From Octopus sinensis (lineage: Eukaryota): DNA of 64,000 nucleotides. Of the stretch, positions 52,898-64,000 are shown in pieces (within the stretch, counting starts at the first letter, position 1; each line of letters opens with the position of its first letter). The stretch covers positions 162,626,001-162,690,000 of the forward strand of contig NC_043000.1 of assembly GCF_006345805.1 (NCBI RefSeq), given 5' to 3'. The notes under the pieces are model-generated. The model made no database searches, was not told the origin of the DNA, and saw only the letters and a list, made by a program, of their open reading frames with translations. The translations under genes and the position numbers were made by a program.

Positions 52898-53292
52898 ACT
52901 AGCAGTATCGCCCGGCGTTGCTCGGGTTTGTAAGGGAAATAACTATATAAGCATTTTTAGAGATGTAAAGTATAATAGCCATCTCAATATGGCTAACCAC
53001 AAAGGGGGTGGGGGTGTTACTATAGCTTTTTACGTTCTGAGATTTAATAATAAATTTTTAGAGAGTTACTTCCCTTATATATGCCAAAAATGCATTAAAA
53101 ATGGGAAAAATTGATGGTAAATTTTTTTTTTAATCGTAGATTCATCGTAAACACGCGCTAATACCCAGAAGGGCTCGATATGAATCATGACTATAAGATA
53201 CCCGGTTTTGGTTAAACTGCACCGTAAAATGTGAGAGTAGTTAGGAATCTAAATCGTAGGAGACACACAACCTCACTTTTATATATAAAGAT
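52898..53292 (+). mobile_element. Helitron-like non-autonomous element
   Basis: ACTAGCAGTATCGCCCGGCGTTGCTCGGG ... CACACAACCTCACTTTTATATATAAAGAT. Confidence 0.6.
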
Positions 53293-53419
53293 ATGGATAT
53301 TTACACTTGCGTGTTTAAAAAACCGGTAGAGTTTCCATATACTTTCCTCGGAAGTGGTCCTTAGAGATTGTGTGTGAGAAATGTGTGTTTTAACTGCGTA
53401 GGGTATATAGAATCGTTCG

Positions 53420-53750
53420 CACGGACACAATGCTTAGCGGCTTTTCGTCCGTCTTCATGTACTGAGTTCAAATTTCGCCGAGGTTAGCTTCGCCTTTCAT
53501 CCTCTTGGTGTCGATGAAATAAACACCTGTCAAGCACTAGAGGGTCATTGCAATAGACTAGCACCCTCCTCCAAAATTACAGGCCTTATGCTTATAGTAG
53601 AAAGAATTATCATGTCTAGCCAAGGTTGACTTTGCCTTTCAACCTTTCGACATTGAATAAAGTAAGTGCCAGTTGAGCACTGGGGTTGATGTCCTCGAGT
53701 AACACTCTCACCCACAATACTCCAGGCTTTGTAACTTTATAACAAAGTAA
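53420..53750 (+). mobile_element. Two degenerate SINE copies (dominant family)
   Basis: GAGTTCAAATTTCGCCGAGG...GCCTTTCATCC; GTTGACTTTGCCTTTCAACC. Confidence 0.7.
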
Positions 53751-53849
53751 TTGAAACACCTAGCATCATAACATCATAATTTTGAAAAATCTATAAAACC
53801 GTCAAAATTTTGTTTATTTTTGTTTTTTTATGTATTATTACTGTTGCTT

Positions 53850-55000
53850 AATAGGTTTTGCTAAAATTGGTGTTTCGTTTCAGGTATCAACAGGAAAAGG
53901 TAATTAAAATTCATTAAAATGACAGATCTATCGGAAATTCAAAGAGGTTAAATTGTTGGTGCTCCCAGGGTAGGCGGCAGCGTGTCGAAAACAGCTGAAA
54001 TGTTTGGTGTACCAAGAAGTAGTCTCGAAATTAATGACAGCCTTTGAAAAAGAGGTAAAAACCTCCTCGTCGAAATAAAACTCCGGAAGAAAACCAGAAC
54101 TTTCAGAAAGGGACCATCGGACTCTTACGTGAATTGTTAGAAAGGATTACAAAAGTACAGCTCCCAAAATTATTGGAGAGCTTCAGGACCACCTCGAGAA
54201 CCCAGTCTCCACAAAAACTGTTCGCCGGGAGCTGCTCAAGCCCGGATTTCATGTCAGAGCTACTATCAGAGAACCACCACTTTCAAAAAGAAACATTGCA
54301 AAGCGTTCTGAATAAAAACCTACAAAATTAGTCCCTAGAGCAGTGGAAGAATGCTATTTTCTCGACCGAATCATCCCTTACCTTATTTCCGACCACCGGC
54401 CGAGTATATGTGTGGAGACAGCCAAAAGAAGCATTTGACCCAGACTGCCTTCTTTCAACTGTTAAACATGATCTAGGGCGGGGCTCTATATCCTGGATGA
54501 CCTGATGATCGGGGGACGGGGCTATATCTTGGAAATCCACCGGCCCAGTGGTTTTGCTTCATGGCAGTAGTAATAGTCAAGACTATTTAAGCATTTTATC
54601 GGATCAAATTCATCCAATCAGGGAAATGCAATCTTTCAGGATGATGATGCACCAATTCACACAGCTAAGGTTGTTATTGAATGGTACAAGGGACATTCTA
54701 GTGAAGTTAAACACCCTATCTGGCCACCACAGTCCCCACATCTCAGTATTATTGAACATTTATGGTGCATTTTAGAAAAACAAGTAAGGAGTCGATATCT
54801 TCCACCATCATCACTACAAGAACTGGAGACTGTTTTAGCTGAAGAATGGACAAAACTTCCTTTGGAAACAATTCAAACTTTGTACGAGTCCATACCGCGT
54901 AGAATTCAAGCTGTAATTACTGTTGAAGGCGGTCCTGCCTCGTATTAAAATAGATTTGTTTGAAATTTTAAGTTGCTTCCATTATTTTGTCCAACCCCTG
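53850..55000 (+). mobile_element. Tc1-family element: degenerate transposase, right TIR only
   Basis: ATG 53919 MTDLSEIQRG*IVGA...; IFQDDDAPIH, WPPQSPHLSIIEHLW. Right end TTATTTTGTCCAACCCCTG followed by TA. Confidence 0.85.
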
Positions 55001-55019
55001 TATATTAGAAAGAATTGTT

Positions 55020-55165
55020 GGACAAAAATTCCGACAAAGTTGACTTTGCCTTTCATCTTTCCGGTGGGGTTGATAAATAAATACCAGTTGAGCAGTGGAG
55101 TCGGTGTAATCAATTGACCCTCCCACCCAAATTTCAGAGTTTTCGCCTTTAGAAGAATAGATTAT
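55020..55165 (+). mobile_element. SINE (dominant family), 3' part
   Basis: GTTGACTTTGCCTTTCATCTTTCCGGTGGGGTTGATAAATAAATACCAG. Confidence 0.7.
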
Positions 55166-55402
55166 TATCATTGCTTTTCTTGTTCATGTTATTGCCGCTG
55201 TTTCTATTGTTGATGTTCTTGCTATTGTTTTTGTTAATCGGGGATTTTAGCAAGGGATATCCCCGAATTACTGGAGATGGACTGCTCTGCTATCGGAGAT
55301 TCTTATCTCAATTTTTTTTGTGTTGCGTTTTATCTTTTGATGGAATCTTCAATCACTCGCGCCTCTATTCTCGGGTCTCTGTATTTTGAAAATTTCTCCA
55401 TT

Positions 55403-55404
<2 letters not shown>

Positions 55405-55476
<72 letters not shown>

Positions 55477-55495
55477 TTATTATTATTATCGTTGC

Positions 55496-55571
<76 letters not shown>

Positions 55572-55592
55572 GTTATTGTTATTGTTATTGTT

Positions 55593-55630
<38 letters not shown>

Positions 55631-55667
55631 GTTGTTGTTGTTGTTATTATTATTATTATTATTACTA
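55405..55667. repeat. (ATT)n/(GTT)n microsatellite
   Basis: Direct inspection. Confidence 0.95.
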
Positions 55668-56860
55668 TGGTTTGACTCAGGTTAGGCTTTATTCCTGGAA
55701 GGATTTACGTGGGTAGCAAATTATTATCTGTAACCTTTGGTATTCAAACGTTTTCAGCAGTCCTTCAAGTGCTTAGAGAGGCCTTTTGATAATCCTTGCT
55801 GTCAATAAGAGACAAACTTTCTGTAGGAGCTCTACCGAGTATTCCATTTCAATATCCTTCAGCCATTTGTCTATATCTTGGCTTACTGTTTCCAAAGCAT
55901 CACTTATTATAGGCACGGTCTTAACTGGTCGCCTGCTCCAAATTTTATCATACCTAATGAGCCCACTGAGAGGAATTGTTTCTGCTTTTTAGACACCACA
56001 TTCGAGTTACCTCTATTTCCAGGTCTTTGTATTTTGAAAGTTTCTTCATTTGTTTTAGTGAAACGTTGTCATCTGTTGATATTGATACATCAATTACAAA
56101 GCATTTTTTTTCTTCATGATCTCTGACAACTATATCTGGTCTGTTGGTCTTAATTTCTCTATGTGTGTGTATTGTCATATCCGACAGTACTGTTGCTTTC
56201 CCATTTTCTGTGAGCTTTTCTGGAGTGTGCTTATACCATCTTTTTTCTATTGTTATTCCACAGTGTTAGCATAGCTTCGAGTGTATGTAGGTCCCAACTC
56301 TGTCGTGTCTGTGAATATATTCCTTCTTAGCCAGAACTGGGCAGCCAAAGACAATATGATTTATTGTTTTTTGTCCATCTCCACATATTCTGCAGTTACT
56401 TGTTATATTTCTTTTCATTACATGTTTTTGGTAATTTCTGGTGGGGAGGCTTTGGTCTTGTGCAGCAATTAAAAATCGTTCGGTCTCTGCTTTGAGTCCT
56501 GAGCTTCTCAACCAATGCTGGGGTTTTGCTTTGTCTGTTTCTTTCCTCACCGACCATATTTCTCTCCAAAATTCTTCCACTACTTCTGCTGGTGGTGCTG
56601 CATTGACGTCTATTTTATTTTTGCCAAGTTCTTGGTAGAATCTTTTGGAGTTGGGGTTGAACTGTTTGTTTTGTTCAAAGAAACGTTGGCGTTTCTCATA
56701 CCGGCGGATCCTTTGTGCTTTGGCAAGGATATCTTGCGTTAGCTGTTCTTTTACCTCAGGTATACCTTTCTCTGTAATGTATTCTTATCTTCCTGTTGCT
56801 TAGTAGTGTTGATTGTGTAATTGTTAAGGATTGGCAGATCTTTTCTCCTGTTTTCTACTT
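55668..56860 (-). mobile_element. R4/Dong-type LINE with the RT domain internally deleted
   Basis: Pre-RT AQRIRRYEKRQRFFEQNKQF...EEFWREIW is joined to post-RT WLRSSGLKAETE...CRICG...RPDIVV. Confidence 0.85.
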
Positions 56861-56878
56861 TTCTATTATTATTATTAC

Positions 56879-56946
<68 letters not shown>

Positions 56947-57822
56947 TATTATTATTATTATCAATAATCTTAATACGCTAACATTTTGTTTTTTGTACGT
57001 ATCCGTTGTGTGCATCATACTTCAAAGAAGTGGCAAAGCGAGAGAGAGGAGAAAATAGAGGGAGTAAGAGAGAGTGAGAGAGAAAGAAAGAGATAGAGAG
57101 AAAGTGAGAGAGTAAGAGGGAGTGTGAAAGAGACAGTGAGTTGTGACGGAGTTCGTTTTGTGTATTAAATGTTTCAGAGAAGAGAAAAGAAAGAGAGTGA
57201 GAGAGAGAGAGAACAAGTGAGAGAGAATGATAATGAAAGAGACAGTGAGTGGTAACGGTGTTTGTTTTGTGTTTTTTAATGTTTATCACATCGCAGGAGA
57301 AATAGATACATAGACACATTTTTAAATCAAAAGCGAGAGAGAAGAGGGACACAAAAGAAGTGAAAGAGAAAGAGAGAAATTGAGAGAGAAACAGTAGATA
57401 CATAAATCCAAAGAAAAGTTCATACATAGATACATACACACAGCAAATATTGGGTGGCAGTTTCACTTTTCATTACCACACGAGGATAAAATTAACTCAC
57501 AATGGCTGCGTACTCCACAGGCATGCATAACATTAACGTAGTTCACAGGGAGATTCAACCTCACACAGAATATGACAGCTACAACTACAACTCGAGACAT
57601 ATATATGAATGTTTTTGTGTTAGTATACTTTAGATTAGTTAAAACATGTTTGCAATAAAAAATGTCGCGTTGTGCAAATAAACGCAGTCACCAGACTTTC
57701 ATAAATCCATTTATTACTTCATTCTTTTGCATTTCAATTTGTACATTAAGGTTCTTTGAATATGTACGATATATTTTAAGGTTAAATAGTAATTCCGTTT
57801 ACGTTTGCATAACTGAGATATT

Positions 57823-58021
57823 TTAACCACTACACCATATGGCCACGGATATATGGCGTAGTGGTTAAGAGCGCGGGTTACTAACCCCAAGATTCCGAGT
57901 TCGATTCCAGGCAGTGACGTGATGAAGGCTGGAGGGTATATCAGCCGAAACGTTGTGTTAACAACAAACAAGATGAGGATAAATATCCGTCAAATGTAAA
58001 TAATGTAAACAATGTAAATAA
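57823..58021 (+). mobile_element. tRNA-like head fused to a hammerhead remnant
   Basis: A-box TGGCGTAGTGG (~57854), B-box GAGTTCGATTCC (~57897), then GTGATGA-A-GGCTG(GAGGGTATAT)CAGCC-GAAACGTT at 57919-57954. Confidence 0.65.
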
Positions 58022-58089
58022 TGAGAGATACTCTGGTTGGATTATATAGTTATTGGTGTTACATTACTTTCTGTATTCTGTAACTGTCA

Positions 58090-58250
58090 CAATATACTAT
58101 TCTAGGCCTGAATTTTTTGTGGGAAGGGGACCAGTTGATTAGATCGACCCCAGTACATAACTGATACTTAATTTATTGACCCCGAAAGGACGACAGATAA
58201 AGTCGATCTCGGCAGAATTTGAACTCAGAACATAATGACAGACGGTCATA
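58090..58250 (-). mobile_element. SINE (dominant family)
   Basis: GACCCCGAAAGGA...AAAGTCGATCTCGGCAGAATTTGAACTC. Confidence 0.75.
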
Positions 58251-58364
58251 ACAGACGCACATTTCTCATGGCACCAGTACACTGTTTACAGATGTTTACA
58301 TTTTTTATGATTTCAGGGGTCCAGCTAGTTATTATTATTATTATTATTATTACTATTATTATTA

Positions 58365-58854
<490 letters not shown>

Positions 58855-58914
58855 GAGTGAGAGAGCAGTGCATGCCATCAAAGTGACACTGGGGTAAAAT
58901 ATACGAAGCCCAAT
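58855..58914 (-). mobile_element. 60-bp R4/Dong family A 3' tip in (TAA)n
   Basis: GAGTGAGAGAGCAGTGCATGCCATCAAAGTGACACTGGGG matches 14158. Confidence 0.8.
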
Positions 58915-59372
58915 ATTATTATTATCATTATTATTATTATTATTATTATGATCATTATCATCATCATCATCATCATAAGGTTATGTTAACTTGCTTCCAG
59001 ATCTGCTGATATGAATGGCAATTCATGCAATATTTAAGTTATAATCTTTGACAAGAGTTTCAGATTCAGAAGATAAGTGACATAAAATTACTAATAAGAC
59101 GGCTATAATTACAGTTAATGGTAGCGAAGAATGTGCAGATTATAAGTTAGCTGTTGGCCAGAGCCGGAAATGCTATCAAGATTATTGTATAATACATATG
59201 CATGCATTTATCTATGTGCATATGTGTGTATATATATATATATATATGTGTGTGTCTGTGTGTGTGTGTGTGTGTGTGTGCGTGTGTGTGCGCACGTGCG
59301 TACATGTATATATGTATGTATGTATATATATATATACATATACATATACATGCATATATATATATACATGGA

Positions 59373-59405
<33 letters not shown>

Positions 59406-59472
59406 TATATATATATGTGTGTGTGTGTGTGTATGTATATGTATGTATATATGTAATGTTTTATACAGATGT

Positions 59473-59820
59473 GGAGGCGCAATGGCCCAGTGGTTAGGTC
59501 AGCGGACTCGCGGTCGTAGGATCGCGGTTTCGATTCCCAGACCAGACGTTGTGAGTGTTTAAATAGCGAAAACTCCTAAATCTCCACGAGGCTCCGGTAG
59601 GGAGCGTTGACAACCCCTGCTGTACTCTTTCACAACAACTTTCTCTCATCCTTTCTTCCTGTTTCTGTTGTATATGTATTTCAAAGGGCCACAGCCTTGT
59701 CACGCTGAATCTCCTTGAGAGCTACGTTAAGGGTACACGTGTCTGTGGAGTGCTCAGCCACTTGCACGTTAATTTCACGAGCAGGCTATGCCGTTGATCG
59801 GATCAACCGAAACCGACGGA
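59473..59820 (+). mobile_element. tRNA-derived SINE (third family)
   Basis: GGAGGCGCAATGGCCCAGTGGTTAG A-box and GGTTTCGATTCC B-box. Inverted copy at 61605-61883. Confidence 0.8.
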
Positions 59821-60576
59821 GTGCTACGATTTTATACGTATTCATACATTTATGTATACTTAATACGTACGTACATAAATACATACAGACCGACAGACAG
59901 ACATATAAAAAGAATTTGAATGCGTCATATAAACGCCAACATAGTTTAACGAAAATAATAGATTGATACGTGAGTGTAGGCGTACATATCTGTGTGTGTG
60001 TGTGTGTGTGTTGATAGATTTTTAATGTTTTTCATTTACAGTAACTTGTTGCTGTAAAGTTGTTTTAGCTGAAGATATTTGACATTGTTTTGGACGAGAC
60101 ATTCCTAGTCTCTTTCGTCAATATCAGGCTGTGTTGGTGAATAGCATATTATATGACTAGCAGGGTTTTTTTTAAAAATCTCATCGAAACACTGTATCAT
60201 GTGATAAGCATAGATTTGATGTGAAAATTGCGGCCTACTTTACGGCCTTTGGAATTAGAAAAAAATTATCATGTCTGAATAAATATTATGATCCAGCTGA
60301 GCATGTCATCACAAATTGTTACGTAAATACACGACAATATGCAGCTTCAGGTTCATCCTACTTCCTCTTACTTCATTTTCAGTTCGGCCATCCAGTACTT
60401 CAGGTTTAAGTTGACTACATCAACATCAAGTTCAGAGATGTCATTATCAATAGGTGGCATGTTTTCCTGTTCATTGTTTCCAATGCCTGTACCATGTGCT
60501 TAAGCTTGCTTTTCATAGTATTTATGGTTAACTGTCCACCGATCTTTCTCTTTTGGATGTTTTTGTTATGGGTTCC

Positions 60577-61009
60577 GGATCTTTTCGGTTTGAACGGCAG
60601 TTTTTAACATAATTTCTAGGTAACTAAAAAATTTTAAACTTCGTATACTGGTAGAATGTGTTTATAAAACATCTTTTTCTCTTGGCTTCATTGAGAAAAT
60701 TCTATAGTTTGTAAGATATTTTAAATTGCTTTTTTTTTCTTCAATTTCTGCAATTTCAAACAATCACTGACGTCTATTGAGGTAAAAAAAACATTCTGTG
60801 CCGTATGAATATGTCCCTCGTTTAAGAAACAGATTGGGTTTATTTACATTTGGGAAGAAAAAAAGATACCCTTCCCCCACCCCTAACCCTAACTAACCCT
60901 AACCCTAAAATAGATTGAAATGCAATAGATCGATACTAGGGTCATAATTATGGGTGACAATTTCATATGACACCGCTAGAAAAAACTGCCGTTCAAACCG
61001 AAAAGATCC
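60577..61009. mobile_element. Mutator-like MITE (433 bp) with 9-bp TSD
   Basis: TIR GGATCTTTTCGGTTTGAACGGCAGTTTTT. ATGGGTTCC is duplicated at 60568-60576 and 61010-61018. Confidence 0.88.
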
Positions 61010-61525
61010 ATGGGTTCCTTTTTGCAGCTTTTACGTTTTAACTGAACACCGTCCATGGACATGAGTTGATGTTTCTTTCGTAGTTATAACTGTTATTGAT
61101 GTAACAGCGAGAGACCAAGAAGTAACAGCAATGTGCATAAATACAGACGTCTTATATGAATATAGATGTATATGTAATTAAAATTAAAAATTTGAAATTC
61201 AAAAAATGTTACTCACAGGTTTGCAGTTTTGTATAGAAATATTGTAGTCCATGTGCTTACATTTTTATGCACATATTGTTGTGGCGGTACATCTGAAGAA
61301 AGTTCCTTTTTTGTATATGTATACTCCACATAAGAAAAATCTTTCAGTTTCCTGAGATGGCTTACATTAAGGCATAGTTTTCTTCCATTGTTTTTGCAGA
61401 TTCTTAATTCCGGCTTCGTGTGGCTTTCAGATTTGATCTATCTTCGAGTAACTAGCTGTCACACGTCCATGCTGTTTGGTATTCGCTGCGTCGTCGTCGT
61501 CGTCGTCATCATCATCATGTGTATA

Positions 61526-61575
<50 letters not shown>

Positions 61576-61604
61576 GAGAGAGAGAGAGAGTCAGTGAAAG
61601 AGAG

Positions 61605-61883
61605 AGTGACACGTGTACCCTTAATGCAGTTCTCGGGAAAATTCAGCGTGACACAGAGTGTAAGAAGGATGGCCTTTTGAAATATGGAAACAGAAAGAAA
61701 GAGTGAGAGAAAGAAAGTTGTGGTGAAAGAATACATCAGGGTTTGCCACCACCCCCTGCTGGAACTTCATGGAGCTTTAAGTGATTTCGGTCAATAAACA
61801 CTCAAAACACTTGGTCTGGGAATCGAAACCGCGATCCTACTACCGCGATTCCGCTGCCCTAACCACTGGATTATTTCGCCTCC
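61605..61883 (-). mobile_element. tRNA-derived SINE (third family)
   Basis: Reverse complement of the 59473 head and body. Confidence 0.75.
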
Positions 61884-64000
61884 ACGATACTGGATATATT
61901 AAATACGTTAACACTAACTGTTGTTAGCTCATTGCTGATGTTTCTGAATAGTCTAAATTTTCCTGCCAACAATGCATCTTAATGATTTTCTCATCACTAT
62001 TTCACCATGCACAGTAGAGTTTATACTTCATAGATTAGACTCTTTAAGTCTGAAGCAAACTGGAAGTTATTTACAAGAATAAAGTTGTCAATAAATTTAA
62101 AATAAAATATTGAAGTAATATAGATTTATTTTTTCGCCTCATAATTACTTCTAATTAATTGTCTGCTTGTCACTACATTAAAATTCTTAAAACTAACTTC
62201 AATTTCTTTTCTAAAACTAAGATGGAGCTTCAGTTTTCACTTGTTTGGGGAAGATATTTGCATGTTATTAAACTTTACCTACGAAACGTTTAACTTCAGG
62301 GGTCTAGGGATGATTTAGAGATATCTTATCGTTATGTTTCCGAAAAAATTATTTCAGCAACAATTATCAGTTTTCGATATTTTATTATAGGCAATAATAA
62401 TAAAAATTAATTATTGTTTTTCTATCTCTTCTTATCGATTATAGTTTATTTTTTTAATAGTTAAACGTGGAGGTTGATTTTAATTTGCTACAGTTCCTTG
62501 TGTGGCTATGTGCGTGCGTGTGTATTGAGAATTGTGTTATATTTTGCTATAACTTTCTCTAGTTTGACGAGAATTCTGTATCACAAAGATATGTTATCAA
62601 GTAATGTTAATGTCTCTTTTTGCCTTTAGTTATGTCTTTTGCTATGTAGTTATCACGGATTTAATAGCGATGTATTAGCGATGCCGAGTCAATCGTTTCA
62701 AAAGTATGGCGCTTATATATCTATTCTGAGAATGAAAGTCATGAAGTTTACAACATTCATATTTATATCTGAATTAGCAAACATTTACAAAAGAGTTTAA
62801 TCAAGGTATCGGAGGCAAGCAATTTGTTACTCGCGAGAAAATGTGTATCAATGCATTTTTTTGTTTTTTGTTACATAGTGCATCAATGTTATTCTATTCT
62901 ATAGTCATGGCGTACATAAGTTTTATAAAATACTCTGTACATTTATAGTTTGCATTTACTGTATTCTGTTTTGTTTCTATGGTGATCAGTAGGAAGGGTG
63001 AGTAGACTCTGTGTGGATGTCTTATCTGGCAACTGTTTCTTTTATTCTTCATCGAAGTGTTTCTTTCATGAAAGAGATTTTGAGGAGAGTTTGAAATAGA
63101 TATTATATAACTACCGTTTTCTATCTATGAAGATATTATCGAAACGTGCACAGGAATATATCAGTGAGCTTTTACGGAAGATGATATAACATTTGCTTAT
63201 TATCTCATAATTTACACCTCCAAATGGAATGGTTGGATCACTAAAGATTTTTTATAAGCTATTTTGGTTTTGAAGTGTTTGTTTTTTAAATAAATGGACA
63301 GAAGCAAAATAAGTTTAAAGGGTTGCATCCACTGTATAGAAATGTGCATGCGTTAAAATATAGCAAGAAATATATTAATGTGCATTATAAAGAACATGTA
63401 GAACATTACAACGATCCAAAGGGAAAGCTCCGTACTAAGAAGAAACAAAGATATACAGAGCCTTTGGATGATTAATCTACCGTGGAAGTTATCAAGCATG
63501 AACGTAAACGACGACAAAAACAGCGATTTCATCGAAGTTTTTTGTGATGAGACGCTTCATCTGCGTAACGTAGAAGAGCAAGAAATGAGAAATGACACAA
63601 AGAAATGAGAAAGACATACAGTGATAAACAAGTGGTTCTTTGCAATCGTCTCTTTATGCTGGAATTAAAAGCAATACGTTGGTAGTTGATATGAGAAGAG
63701 GGATAATGTCACCTGGTAACGGGACACAAGTTACATGATAGCATAGACTGGGTTGTATCCCCGTGAAGTGAAAAATTAAAGAGTTTTGTAAGAATATAAC
63801 TGCCATTATCTCATGCTGTATTCAAAAGAAGGCGCTAAGGCTCCTTCACAAATCAACAGTCGACACTACAGCCACAGATGCACTTCTCTTTTATAGCTAT
63901 CAACTCTATTATCTGCGCCTCTGAACTAGTTAACAGAACAGGAAACATACTTGATCTTCTGTCTAACATAGCACAATCGACCTCTATAGTTTAACACGGC

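Noticed and set aside
57850-57915. Functional tRNA gene
   Set aside because: No acceptor stem, and it is embedded in a repeat. Treated as a SINE-like head.
63540-63580. GTGATGA-GACGC...GCGT-AACGTA
   Set aside because: C3 and the GAAA core are missing; too decayed to call.

Overview
AT-rich, microsatellite-dense eukaryotic non-coding DNA. The SINE and LINE families look like those of Octopus, but that is my recollection, not a search result. I found no supportable host exon; most long ORFs in the track are microsatellite read-throughs. Recognisable TE debris: a piggyBac transposase 5' half, R4/Dong-type RLE LINEs lodged in (TAA)n, CR1/L2 and RTE LINE ends, a Penelope-like GIY-YIG 3' end, a full-length degenerate mariner, a Tc1, a 9-bp-TSD MITE, Helitron-like non-autonomous elements and many tRNA-derived SINEs. 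The main finding is a set of non-coding elements inserted in (TA)n that carry type I hammerhead ribozyme (HHR) folds. Four distinct tandem units are present (about 491, 542, roughly 560 and 425 bp). Three are arranged as inverted 5'-to-5', tail-out pairs, and one ends at its predicted cleavage site. Together they look like a retrozyme-like or Penelope-pLTR-derived system. Ribozyme activity and novelty are untested.
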